DNA from: Octopus sinensis
Taxonomy: Eukaryota
DNA length: 64,000 bases
Assembly: GCF_006345805.1 (NCBI RefSeq)
Contig: NC_043001.1
Span: forward strand, 70,866,001-70,930,000
Direction of reading: 5' to 3'
The notes beneath the pieces were generated by a model. That model made no database searches. It was not told where the DNA came from and saw only the letters and a program-made list of their open reading frames with translations. Position 1 is the first letter of the stretch. Every line of letters begins with the position of its first letter. Position numbers and translations under genes: made by a program. Positions 1-11,916 of this stretch are shown here, in pieces.

Positions 1-60
1 AATGAAATACCGCAATGAATTTTCACAGGCGTCCCTACGATTCTGACCGGTCGCTGCTTC

Positions 61-177
<117 letters not shown>

Positions 178-375
178 CCTTTCTATTAGAGGCACAAGGC
201 CTGAAATTTGGGGAAAGGGTTAGTCGATTACATCGACCCAGTGCTCAACTGGTACTTTATTTATCTACCCCCGAATGGAGAAAAGGTAAAGTCGACCTCT
301 GCGCAACTTGAACTCAGAACGTAGAGACGGGTGGAATACATCAAAGCATTTCGTCCAAAGCACAAAGGATCCGCC
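178..375 (-). mobile_element. tRNA-derived octopus SINE (OR-like family), degenerate
   Basis: ggcacaaggcctgaaatt...gtcgacctc...gaactcagaacgt; the same family recurs at 13281, 13817 and 43270. Confidence 0.75.
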
Positions 376-2707
376 GGTATGAGAAACGCCAACGTTACTT
401 TGAACAAAACAAACAGTTCAACTCCAACCCCAAAAAGTTCTACCAAGAACTTGGCAAAAATAAAATACACATCACTGCAGCACCAACGGCAGAAGAAGTG
501 GAAGAATTCTGGAAAGAAATACGGTCGGCGAAAGAACAACCAAAAGAAAGGAGTATTAAAACAACAAACTCAGCATCTGAGCAACTTTGGATCCCCATAA
601 CAACTGAAGAAGTCACCCAGGCACTGCAAAGACTAAGCAACTGGAAGGCACCTGGGCATGACAAGATCCCCAACTTCTGGTTGAAATATCTTACAGGAAT
701 GCACAAAAAGCTGGCTGAAAACTTTAACCACATACTGGCAGAGCCAGAGACAATGCCTGAATGGCTCACGAAGGGGAAAACCATCTTAATTCCCAAATCC
801 AATGAGACAGCAAAACCAGAAAACTACAGACCAATAACCTGTCTCCCTACAATATACAAACCATTTACTGCAGTAATATCACAAAGAGTAAACAAGCACC
901 TGGACGAAAACAACCTTTTTTCTAGAAGAGCAGAAAGGATGCCGCAAAGGCTCATATGGCTGTAAAAATCAACTAATGATCAATAAAGCCATAACTGAAG
1001 ACAGCCACGGAAAGAAGAAAGGCCTCAGTATGGCCTGGATTGACTACACAAAGGCGTTTGATAGCATCCCCCACACATGGATCCTCGAAACACTAGCCAT
1101 TAGCAAAGTAACACCAACAATTATAAAATACATAGGACACTCTATGAATAAATGGCAAACAGTGCTACAGCTCCAAACAAAAGGGGGACTCGTGAAAACC
1201 AAAGCTATCCCCATTAGAAGAGGAATATTCCAGGGAGACACGCTCTCTCCACTCCTTTTCTGCTTGGCAGTGTCACCTCTATCTGATATGCTAAACAGAA
1301 CCGGATGCGGATATAAATGTTACGGCAAAACGATCAGCCACCTTTTATATATGGATGACCTAAAACTACACGCTACAAATGACAAACAACTGGAAATACT
1401 ACTAACGACAGTTCATGGATTCACCAAAGAAATAGATATGAAATTTGGATTAGAAAAATGCGCCAAAGTAACCCTGAAAAGAGGAAAACTACTTAAGAGT
1501 AGCAACATCACACTAGATTAAGCCAATGAAATAAGAGAATTAGACCAAAGTCAAACTTACAAATATGTAGAAATCCATGAACTAGGTAAGACACAACATA
1601 CACAAATGAAAGAGAAAATAAAAAAGAATACTATAGACGATCTAAAAACAGATCTCAATGCTAAAAACAAGATAATAGGTATTAACACTTTAGCCGTCCC
1701 AGTTATAATTTACAGCTACAATATCCTTAACTGGACGCTAAATGAACTATCTAAAATAGATAGGAAAAAAATTAAAATACTGACAGGATCTAGGATGCAT
1801 CACCCAAAATCTGACATAGAAAGGCTGTATATATACAAGGTAAAGAAGGTGACAGAGGCCTTATAAAGCTGGAAAACTACTATAAAATAACTCTGCAAAA
1901 ATATCTACTTCAGAAGCAGTGGTTGAGAAGCTCAGGACTCAAAGCAGAGACAGATGGATTTTTAATTGCAGCAAAATACCAAAGCCTCCTCAACAGAACT
2001 TACCAAAAACATGTAAGGAAAAGAAATATAACAAGTAACTGCAGAATATGTGGAGATGGACAAGAAACAATAAATCATATTATTTCTGGCTGCCCAGTCC
2101 TGGCTAAGAAGGAATATATTCATAGACACGACAGAGTTGGAACATACATACACTAGAAGCTACGCCAACATTATGGAATAACAACAGAAAAAAGATGGTA
2201 TAGGCAGACACCAGAAAAGGTCACAGAAAACGAGAAAGCTACCATACTCTGGGATATGCCAATACACACAGATAGAGAAATTAAGGCCAAGAGACCAGAT
2301 ATAGTTGTCAGAGATCATGAAGAAAAAAATGCTTTCTAATTGATGTATCAATACCAGCAGATGACAACGTGTCTCTAAAAGAAATGGAGAAACTTTCAAA
2401 ATACAAGGACCTGGAAATAGAGGTAACTAGAATGTGGAATCTAAAAACAGAAACAATTCCTATCATAGTAGGTGCATTAGGCATGATAAAATTATATTCA
2501 GACAAATACATAACAAAAATACCAGGACTTACAAACACACATAACATACATAAATTTGCACTACTAGGCACTGCACACATCCTACACAGAAATCTTTCAA
2601 TACAGTAACCATCAGATCATCACAACAAATTACAGCACATACCCAAGGCACATAGAGTTGCGCTCGGTAGTGAAGTGAAAGCACGTTATAAAAATAAAAC
2701 TACTGAA
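376..2707 (+). mobile_element. 5'-truncated R4/Dong-clade non-LTR retrotransposon (RT + CCHC + restriction-like endonuclease)
   Basis: Motifs WKAPGHDKI, NYRPITCL, IDYTKAFDS, FQGDTLSP, YMDDLKL, CRICG..ETINHIISGC, RPDIVV..LIDVSIP, KYKDL; the 3' end runs into (TAA)n. Confidence 0.92.
498..2608 (+). pseudogene. Frameshifted RT/REL-endonuclease ORF of the Dong-like LINE
   Basis: Split over ORFs 498-965, 976-1521, 1606-1866, 1923-2156 and 2369-2608. Confidence 0.9.
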
Positions 2708-2714
2708 TGATAAC

Positions 2715-2773
<59 letters not shown>

Positions 2774-2805
2774 AGATGATGATGATGATGATGATGATAA
2801 TAATG

Positions 2806-2861
<56 letters not shown>

Positions 2862-2904
2862 GATAATGATAATAATAATGGTAATAATAATAATAATAAT
2901 AATA

Positions 2905-2946
<42 letters not shown>

Positions 2947-2958
2947 CAACAACAATAA
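2708..2958. repeat. Compound (AAT)/(GAT) microsatellite at the LINE 3' end
   Basis: Direct reading. Confidence 0.95.
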
Positions 2959-2959
2959 T

Positions 2960-3530
2960 TCGAGAATGATATAGGCAAAGACCGACACAACTCATTTAGA
3001 TAGTAAATGTAGAAACTGTAGGAAAGTAGACGAAAGTATCAATCATATTTTGAGTGCAGTATACTAGCACACAAGTTGTATAAGTGCAGAAATGACTATG
3101 AAAGTAAAATACTGGGCAGGCTTGTTAGCCGTGTGTGTGCTTTCAAAACAACAGAATAGTGGTATGTACCAAAACAGAGTCTATGATAGGTAAAGGGAAT
3201 TACAAGGTCTTGTGGGACTTCCTCATGAAAAAGTGAACACTATTTATACAAGAGAACCAGCTATGATTATAGAGTACAAAATAAAGGTACAGCGTAAGAT
3301 AAAAATTTTTGCGATTTCCCATGAAAGTAGAGTTAACATCAAAGAAATAGAAGTAAATGAAAAATATCAGAATCGATCACAGGGAGCTGAGAGGACTGTG
3401 GTAGACAACGATACCAGTAATTCCTGTTCGAATTGGTGCGTTTGGTACAACACCTAAAATATTACCTAGTTATAAAGAGGAGACAGATAGTCAGCAGTGA
3501 AGTCATTTAGTTACCAGATAGCCAGACATT
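2960..3530 (+). mobile_element. Older degenerate R4-like LINE 3' fragment
   Basis: SKCRNCRKVDESINHILS zinc motif, VLWDF, EKYQ remnants. Confidence 0.6.
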
Positions 3531-3908
3531 AAAAGTCATTGAAATGAGAAAGTACTAGAATCTGACAGATAAAATCTATGACAAAATCATATGGATTCCC
3601 AGTGTAAGTTATGTAAATCAAAGGATGAAAGCCTAAAAATAAAAAATAGCCTAAAACCAGTACTGGTTTACTGGTCCCGTCGCTAGGAGAAGGTAGGAGT
3701 TCGCTCCCCTGATAGCAATTTTATTATGCAGCTGTGCATCGTTAACCAGCTACAGGAGATGTCTTCTTGGGGTTAAAAAATCGCAGAAGAGTCCGCTCGA
3801 ACGGACAGGCATGTTAGACTGGCTACAAATATTACTTGACAGGTTGGCTGTCAAAATAGCTATTGCAATCGCATCGCGCTTTTGTCTGTTTACTTTTGTG
3901 AAGAGTTA

Positions 3909-3945
3909 GGCATAGAAGTGGCTGTGTGGTAAGTAGCTTGCTTAC
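3909..3945 (+). mobile_element. 5' tRNA-like head of an octopus SINE (OK/CORE-like), interrupted by an insertion
   Basis: ggcatagaagtggctgtgtggtaagtagcttgcttac matches the intact copy at 26756; the SINE resumes at 6038. Confidence 0.85.
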
Positions 3946-6037
3946 AGGTTGCTTCTGCGCATGTGCAAGTCAGTGTTGTGCTTGACACCGAAGATGTAAG
4001 ACGTGTTTTTGAAAGCCGTCTTAAATTGAAGACTTTTGAATACTCAGACGTAAGGTAAGAATTGTTGGGGTCTAGTGGGGACCTGTTGTATGTTGCAAAT
4101 TATTTTTGCAAGCAACAAGTCCTCACTAGGCTCTAGTCTGCCGGAGGCTGAGTGAAAATATTATTCACTTAATTGTGAAAATTATTGGTTTGGTGGGCGT
4201 ATCCTGCCAAACTTTTGTTTGAAAATAGTGTTGTTCCTGTTAAGGAGTACCTAGAAGAAATTTGGAATGATTCTTTAACTGTTTTACAATTGTGTTAAAT
4301 TTTGGCCTGGAGTACCAAGTGGCATTTGCTGTAGTTTGAACTGTTGCTCTCTCTTCTTCTATCTTTGATTTAAAATAAAAAAATTTATTGAAATGTTAAT
4401 TTTTTTCTCTCTCCTTCCTTTTGTTTTGACTTTTTTCCTCTTCCTTCTTTTTTCTTTGATTATTTTATATTTTAACAACTGCATTTTTGGTTTCTTTTTA
4501 AAAAAAACATGGCAAATAACAATGAAAAGTTGGTGGAGTGGGAAATTACACCACCAAAAAATGGTTAAAAGAACTTGAAAGTAAGACAGTGGTTTTGAGG
4601 ACCTACTCTAGGACCCTCGACGCCATTGCCGTTTTCAGAAAGGATATAATCGAAAGTGAGCTGGCAGAATTTAAGCCAGCAATCAAGTTTATTACTCGTG
4701 TGGTTGCTGTTTGACTCCCCAGAAGTGGCCTGTGAATTTGCAAGTCAGCCCCTGGAGGGTAAGGAAATTTTGTTTCTTCCCACTTATTGTGGGAAGAGTT
4801 TGACGAGGGCTTGGGCTTGAGGCTTGCCACCCAGAGTTGTCTCCTACACCAGTGGATAGGAGATACTATCCGCCGGGGTCTGGGTGGCAGTAGCGCCAAG
4901 CTCCTCAGCGTAAATATTCTTCCTGCTGCTGACTGGAAGGAATCAAAAGCTGTTTTGACCCTATGGACACAGCCAGCCGAAAGTTTGGTATATCCAGACT
5001 TTTTGAGAATTGCCGGGTCTAAGTATCCGGTGAATCTTGAGGGACGCCCCCTCCCAAGTGTCTTCGGTGCTTGAAGCCTGGCCATATAAAAAAGAACTGT
5101 TCTCAAGGGCAAAGCAAAGTCCCGGAGCGATTGACTGAGTCCTCTGTAGATGAGGGAATGAAGGCGGCCGAAGAGACGGAGGACTCCTCAAAGAAGAGCC
5201 GCAAAAGGAAGAAGGAGAGCAATAATGGGTGCTCACCGAAGGATCCTGGGGATGAGGAAGGGGAGGCGAATCTCCAGGTCACGGAGAAGACGCACCCTCC
5301 TCCAGTTGAGAAGAAAAAAGAGGAAGAGGAGAACAAACGGGACATTGCCGGCAGTCAGAGACACGACGCCGGAATGTCACGGAGCCTCGTCGGTTGTGCC
5401 ATCGGAGTGGGGGAGACACCATTGGCGGGAATTGTGCCGCCAACGGTAAGTTTGATCAACCTGGACCCGATGGACCTGAAACTGTTGGTCTTCTTTTATA
5501 GAGGCGGAGAGGTGGAAAAGATAGTGAAAGAACACTACGAGGGAATACCTTTGGCCTTCACACAGAACCCCGAATGGCCTCCGCAGATAGCTGTGGATGT
5601 CATAACGTTACGCCTGTTTATGATGCTGAAGGGACTAAAAGAGGAATATCGCTCGTTGCCGGGTGACGCCAACTCGGACCCCGCCTTGATTTTAAACGAA
5701 GCATGGGCTATGGCGGAATGCACGGACACAAGCGATTATGAGGTAGAAAATTGACAAGAGGTTGAAAAACTTCAGTGTTATAATGTGTAAGAGGCTCAGC
5801 AACTCATTTGTAAATGGACAAGTGTTGATTGTATATTGAATACTTTTTGCATGTTAATATTTGTAATAGACTATTAAGTCCAAAAACTGTAAAAACTGTT
5901 GTGAGAAGTACAATACCTCGCTTCGTTTATTCTGTTTAAAAAAACAGAACAATCTTTTCATCATTCATCTCATCAATGTATATGTCCAGCCGGCAGCTGC
6001 TCTTTGTAATGCCCTTATGGCAATTTTTTATGAAATA
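3946..6037 (+). mobile_element. ORF1-only (HAL1-like) non-autonomous L1/Tx1-related element, 2092 bp
   Basis: Bounded by 15-bp TSD aagtagcttgcttac (3931-3945, 6038-6052); gag-like ORF1, no ORF2, 3' end ...atgaaataa. Confidence 0.75.
4509..5754 (+). pseudogene. Frameshifted ORF1 (gag-like, CCHC zinc knuckle)
   Basis: CLRCLKPGHIKKNC knuckle near 5060-5100; LFLPTYCGKSLTRA resembles LVPTYLGRRITKA in the ORF1 at 7670. Confidence 0.75.
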
Positions 6038-6296
6038 AAGTAGCTTGCTTACGAACCATATGGTTCCGGGTTCAGTCCCAGTGCGTGGCACTTTGGGTAA
6101 GTGTCCTCCACTATAGCCTCGGGCCGACCAATCCTTGTGAGTGGATTTGGTAGACAGAAACTGAAAGAAGCCCGTCGTATAGAATAAGGTCTACGTTTAC
6201 AAAGAATAAGTCCTGGGGTAGATTTGCTCGAGTAAAAGGCGGTGCTCCAGCATGACCACAGTCAAATGACTGAAACAAGTAAAAGAGTGAAAGAGT
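6038..6296 (+). mobile_element. 3' remainder of the interrupted SINE
   Basis: B-box-like ggttccgggttcagtcccag, CORE-like segment, gtaaaaga tail. Confidence 0.85.
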
Positions 6297-6316
6297 AATC
6301 CTTTTAAAATATTATT

Positions 6317-6720
6317 ATTGAGTGAGAGAGCAGTTCATGCCATCAAAGTGACACTGGGGTAAAATATACGAAGCTCAATATACCCATCATGACTACCCGT
6401 CTGATAAGGGTACACCAGGCACATGCATCACAACCATATGTGCGCGACATGGTGATCTCATATCAAGATAAACAGCACATGACCTTGCAGGTGGGGCCCA
6501 GTTAGAATTTTCTTCAGGTTGAGTAGCCAATCCCGCTCAAAAGGTCCCTGAATAAGGGTTGTTTAAGGATGTTGAAAGAACCACCCATGTTTCCAGAGGT
6601 GAATTATTCAAACCCCAACGAATCCCTCTCAACACATGCCTATGATGCTCCCCCACTACTTCTGCTCGTGATCAGAGATGCACATATCGTCAGCCACTAA
6701 GGGACATGCTCAACTGGTTT
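6317..6720. repeat. Interspersed ~400-550 bp repeat, copy 1 (family not named)
   Basis: Aligns with 9268-9822 and 9839-10105. Confidence 0.8.
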
Positions 6721-6738
6721 ATTATTATTATTATTATT

Positions 6739-9222
6739 GACTCTGTCCGTGTATTTCAAAGAGGATGGACGTGTGTTCGTGAGCTGCAAGTTTTTGTGCA
6801 ATGTTTACAGATAAAATAGTTGTTTCTGAAAATTTTTTACATGTCTGTGGTCAGGCTGACTGGCTCTTGCTAAGCTGAGCGGCGAGGCGTACCTTTTCCA
6901 TCTTTCGAGTAGAATTTTCAATTCAAAATCTCCATTTTTAAATTTTTCATCTTTGAAATTTGTAAAAATGTACTTGGAGAAGAATGTCAGCTCCTCCTTT
7001 CTATTTGACTTCATCACTCTGCTAGCGGAAGACAGCAAAATATGTGTAAAAGTTAATTGTCTCCGCCCACTCTGCTCCTTAAAAAGCATAGAGAGGGAAG
7101 ACCTACGTCTAGCTAGCATGTGCAATGCTGCGCAACAGATGGAAAAATAAAGAAACGCGAGAAAGAGAAGGAAAAGTGTAAGGTAATTCAGCTAAAGGAG
7201 GTCACAGTAGCCAGTTCTGCAATACCTGTGAATCCAAGCCCTTCCACTACCACCGCTAGCACTCACACATTGAACACCCAACAACAACAACAACTCAGTG
7301 CATTAAACAGCGGAGTTTTTGTTTCAATAGCAAAGCGAAGCAAGGAATTTATAAATGTTTCTGTAGAAACTCTCAAAGATTACAGAAACATTCTAAAAAG
7401 AAACAGTGAAATTTGTGTTTCAATAAACGTACCACCACAGATTATAGAGAAAACAAAAAAACGTACCATAGTGTACAAAACCATATCATTAAAAAATAAA
7501 CGTATAGAAACTGCCACAACGCAAGCAGTTGAAAAATGCTTGCAACCAATTTGGAAAGGCGTAACGTGACTGGTGAGGGGTGAGAAACATGGCACAACTG
7601 AAGTTAGATTTGCTGCAGAAGACGTAGCAAAACAGAGCAACAGCCCAGTTGAGAAACTCTGAACTTATCCTAGTTCCAACATACTTGGGACGGCGCATCA
7701 CCAAGGCAAAAAATTCTGGTGATACCAGCAAAAATTAATGCTTACTGAGTTGTCGTGCCCTTTTTTCTCGACTTGGTGGATAAAATCAGAATCATCCAAG
7801 CAGAGAAGCAAGAAAAAAACAACTACACTGGTAAGGAATCGCAAATAATGATCCAAATAAACCAAGACGTTTTGGAACAAATTCCTGACCAACTCAGCCT
7901 TCCAGATGGCACTATCCCTAAAAAGCAATCAAAATCACACGGAAACAACAACACACCAACACCCACGGCTCTTACACCTTCAATAGCACCACCACTACTA
8001 ACACCCCAGATGCAGTCAACAATATCAGACACAACAAAATCAACCCAAAAAGTAAACGTAAATAACAAAAATACACAAAACGCACAGCCATAAACACAGA
8101 CAACACAAACTTAATATCATTCATAGAGAAAAATACAGAGATCAGAATGACTGATCCTGTTTCCCCTACGGACAACACACTGCCACCTCACATACAGATA
8201 CTTGAAACATCGCAATATACATACAGCAACATAAAATCCAAATTTCCACAGGCGGTTGGGGGCTTCATCACGAAATTGTCCTAGAGCATCTATATATCCT
8301 TGGTCATGGAAACGACCACACTCCACCTAAGGAGTAGGACATCTGCCTCGCTTCCACCCGCAGAGTGCTAACGGTAAATAATCTTCTTTTTTCTTCTTAT
8401 CAGACACTAAAATGGTCATATTCAAAATAGGTTGAATAAATGTTCGTGGCCTGGGTACCCTTGGAAACAATGTCACTTACTCAACGTCCTCTGGTCACGA
8501 GGATTAGATTTAATAGCCATTAATGAATCTAGACTAACTGAGCCGTGAGCTGAACATGTTACTCCCGGCGTAACAAGCTTACAGAGACCAGATTAAAGAA
8601 TTAGTTCAGAAAGCTTTGACAGGGTCAATCGTCAGCAATACATGCTGGTTTAAGCTAAAAAAGGGCCATAAAAGTAGAATCCCTTAGTTTTTTAACATAC
8701 CTGATATATTGGTTTATGCCGATCATCTGCTATCACGTATAGGACGTGTCTGCCCCGCTGTGGCTGTAGCGGAAGAGGTTGTGAGGTAGTCTAGACTGAA
8801 GGGGCTGAAGGCAGATACTTTTCTCTTTGGCCTACTTGTCATCAACTTTTTCATATACCATCTGAAAAGGTAAGTGGGGGCTAAGAAAGAAGCGCTGACT
8901 TCCAGTAAATTTGTGGAAATGTGGGTTAATGTGGAGAAGATGCTATGTGTCAACGGGTCTACTTTGAGCATGTGCTTTTTAGTTTCCAAGGCTGAGAAAG
9001 AAAGAAAAAATGGGGAGAGAGTTCTCGACCTAGTGGTCGGACTGCTTGTGGATGTTTCGCGGGGTCGCCAAATGCAGCACTGAGTTGGTTGCTTCTTTTA
9101 GGCATTCTCTTTGTTATATTTTTCATTATCAACTTTTTACATGACATTTTATGTAACTCCACTTTGTCTTTCATGTATTGTAATATCCACTCTTACTTTT
9201 GTCGGCTTCTGTGGCTAATAAC
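6739..9222 (+). mobile_element. Internally deleted L1/Tx1-clade LINE
   Basis: ORF1 pieces 7120-8093; APE start INVRGLG near 8440; KAFDRVN remnant near 8610; ORF2 C-terminus SKFVEMWVNV; 3' end tgtggctaataa. Confidence 0.75.
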
Positions 9223-9267
9223 AGATTATTATTGTTGTTGTTGTTGTTGTTGCTGCTGTTGTTGTCG

Positions 9268-9822
9268 TTGAGCGCATGTCATCATAGTGATACTGGGGTA
9301 AAATATACGTAGCCCAATGTACACATCATGACTACTCGTCTGATAATGGTACACCAGGCACACGCATCGCAACCACATTTGCGCAACTCAGTGATCTCAT
9401 ATCAATATAAACAGCGCTTTATCTTGCAGGTGAGGACCAGTTAGGATTTTCTTCAGGTTGAGTAGCTCACCCTGCTCAAAAGGTCTCTGAATAAAGTTTG
9501 TTTAAGGATGATGAACAAAGCACCCATGCTTCCAGAGGTGAATTATTCAAATCCCAAAGAATTTCTCTCAAAACATGGCTATGATGCACCCCCACTACTT
9601 TTGCTCGTGATCAGAGATGCACACATCGTCAGCTACTAAAGGGCATGCTCAACTGGTTAAAGTCAAACAACTGACAAGCAAATCGTGGTATTGAGCAGAA
9701 TATTTGCTGTAGCTCATCTTTTATACCAAGACAAAACAATATACATGATAACACTACCAGTCAGTTAAGATCGAAATCCATGAGAGCCTCTGTCTGGTAC
9801 GGCATCAAGGCATGATTCATAT
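9268..9822. repeat. Interspersed repeat, copy 2
   Basis: Similar to 6317-6720. Confidence 0.8.
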
Positions 9823-9838
9823 TGTTATTGTTGTTGTT

Positions 9839-10103
9839 GTTGGGTGAGAGAGCTATGTATGCCATCAAAGTGACACTGGTATAAAATATCCGAAGCCCAG
9901 TATAACCATCATGACAGCAGTCTGATAAGTGTACACTAGGTACATGCATCTCAACCATGTGTGCGCGATATGGTGATCTTATATCAAGATAAACAGTGCA
10001 TGACCTTGCAGGTGGGGCCTCTTATCAAACAGCTGACAAGCAAATCTGTAATATATTGAGCATAATATTTACTGTTTAGAGAAGCCATGAGAGCCACGGC
10101 CTG

Positions 10104-10105
<2 letters not shown>
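9839..10105. repeat. Interspersed repeat, copy 3 (internally deleted)
   Basis: Similar to 6317-6720. Confidence 0.75.
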
Positions 10106-10172
<67 letters not shown>

Positions 10173-10376
10173 ACTCTTTTACTCTCTTTTACTATTTTAC
10201 TTGTTTCAGACTGTAGCCATGCTGGAGCGCCGCTTTTAGTCGAGCAAATCGACCCCAGGACTTATTCTTTGTGAGCCTAGTACTTATTCTATCGGTCTCT
10301 TTTGCCGAACCGCTAAGTTATGTGGACGTAAACACACCAGCATCGGTTGTCAAGCGATGTTGGGGGGACAAACACA

Positions 10377-10431
<55 letters not shown>

Positions 10432-10605
10432 CTACATATATACGACGTGATTCTTTCAGTTTCCGTCTACCAAATCCACTCACAAGGCTTTGGTCACCCC
10501 GAGGCTATAGTAGAAGACACTTGTTCAAAGTGCCACGCAGTGGGACTGAACCCGGAACCATGTGGTTCGTAAACAAGCTACTAACCACACAGCCACTCCT
10601 ACGCC
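10173..10605 (-). mobile_element. Full-length octopus tRNA-derived SINE (OK/CORE-like)
   Basis: Reverse complement of the family at 26756; internal (CA)n; gtaaaaga tail. Confidence 0.9.
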
Positions 10606-10610
10606 TATAG

Positions 10611-10711
10611 AAAAATATGGAACACTTCACGAATTTGCGTGTCATCCTTGCGGAGGGACCATGCTAATCTTCTCTGTATCATTCCAATTTTAGAATATGT
10701 ACCGCCGTAGC
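10611..10711 (-). ncRNA. U6: U6 snRNA copy, probably a pseudogene (lacks the first ~6 nt and any promoter)
   Basis: Minus strand GCTACGGCGGTACATATTCTAAAATTGGAATGATACAGAGAAGATTAGCATGGTCCCTCCGCAAGGATGACACGCAAATTCGTGAAGTGTTCCATATTTTT; ACAGAGA box and AGC triad intact. Confidence 0.95.
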
Positions 10712-10725
10712 TATTATTATTATTA

Positions 10726-10776
<51 letters not shown>

Positions 10777-10799
10777 CATTCTTCTTCTTATTATTATCA

Positions 10800-11695
10800 T
10801 TCAGTAGTTTTATTTTTATAGCGTGCTATCGCTTCACTACCGAACGCAGCTCTGTGTGCCTTGGGTATGTGCTGTGATTTGTTGTGATGCTCTGATGGTT
10901 ATTGTATAGAAAGTGTTTTGCGTAGGATGTGTGCAGTGCCTAGTAGTGCAATTTTATGTATGTTATGTGTGTTTGTAAGTCCTGGTGTTTTTGTTATGTA
11001 TTTGTCTGAATATAATTTTATCATGCCTAATGCACCTACTATGATAGGAATTGTTTCTGTTTTTAGATTCCACATTCTAGTTACCTCTATTTCCAGGTCT
11101 TTGTATTTTGAATGTTTCTCCATTTCTTTTAGAGACACGTTGTCATCTGCCGGTATTGATACATCAATTAGAAAGCATTTTTTTTCTTCATGATCTCTGA
11201 CAACTATATCTCGTCTGTTGGCCTTAATTTCTCTATCTGTGTGTATGGTTGCTTTCTTGTTTTCTGTGACATTTTCTGGTGTATGCCTATACCATCTTTT
11301 TTCTGTTGTTATTCCATAATGCTGGCATAGCTTCCAGTGTATGTATGTTCCAACTCTGTCATGTCTGTGAATATATTCCTTCTTAGCCAGGACTGCGCAG
11401 CCAGAGATAATATGATTTATTGTTTCTTGTCCATCTCCACATATTCTGCTGTTACTTGTTATATTTCTTTTCGTTACATGTTTTTGGTAATTTCTGGTGG
11501 GGAGGCTTTGGTCTTGTGCTGCAATTAAGAATCCCTCTGTCTCTGCTTTGAGTCCTGAGCTTCTCAACCATTGGTGGGATTTTTCTTTGTCTATTTCTTT
11601 TGCATTTAGTTTAGTCCAGTATTTAGTCCAGTATGGTTCTTTGCTGTTCTAGTTTTAGTTTGAATTTCATTTGTTTTATAGCTTTTGTTGTTTTA
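10800..11695 (-). mobile_element. 3' fragment of the same Dong-like LINE family as 376-2707
   Basis: ORF 10899-11567 (zinc motif + REL endonuclease); same 3' end aaaataaaactactgaa followed by (TAA)n. Confidence 0.92.
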
Positions 11696-11719
11696 TTATT
11701 ATTATTATTATTATTATTA

Positions 11720-11752
<33 letters not shown>

Positions 11753-11780
11753 CATCATCATTATCATCATCATCATTATA

Positions 11781-11865
<85 letters not shown>

Positions 11866-11879
11866 CATCATCATCATCA

Positions 11880-11915
<36 letters not shown>

Positions 11916-11916
11916 G
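11696..11916. repeat. (ATT)/(CAT) microsatellite
   Basis: Direct reading. Confidence 0.95.

Noticed and set aside
2630-2995. Long poly-I/L/Y/N ORFs here and at 11633-12150, 25792-26199, 48362-48803, 50167-50717, 60165-60594
   Set aside because: They are translations of stop-free microsatellites, not genes
3655-3730. Possible HDV-like ribozyme (tcccgtcgc resembles an L3/P3 segment)
   Set aside because: P3 and P1 pairings could not be completed
4040-4530. Possible intron in the 5' UTR of the ORF1-only element (AG|gtaaga donor at ~4053, long pyrimidine tract)
   Set aside because: No convincing acceptor before the ATG and no coding rescue
10611-10711. U6 as a functional snRNA gene
   Set aside because: The 5' stem is truncated and the upstream sequence is pure (TAA)n, with no PSE or TATA promoter
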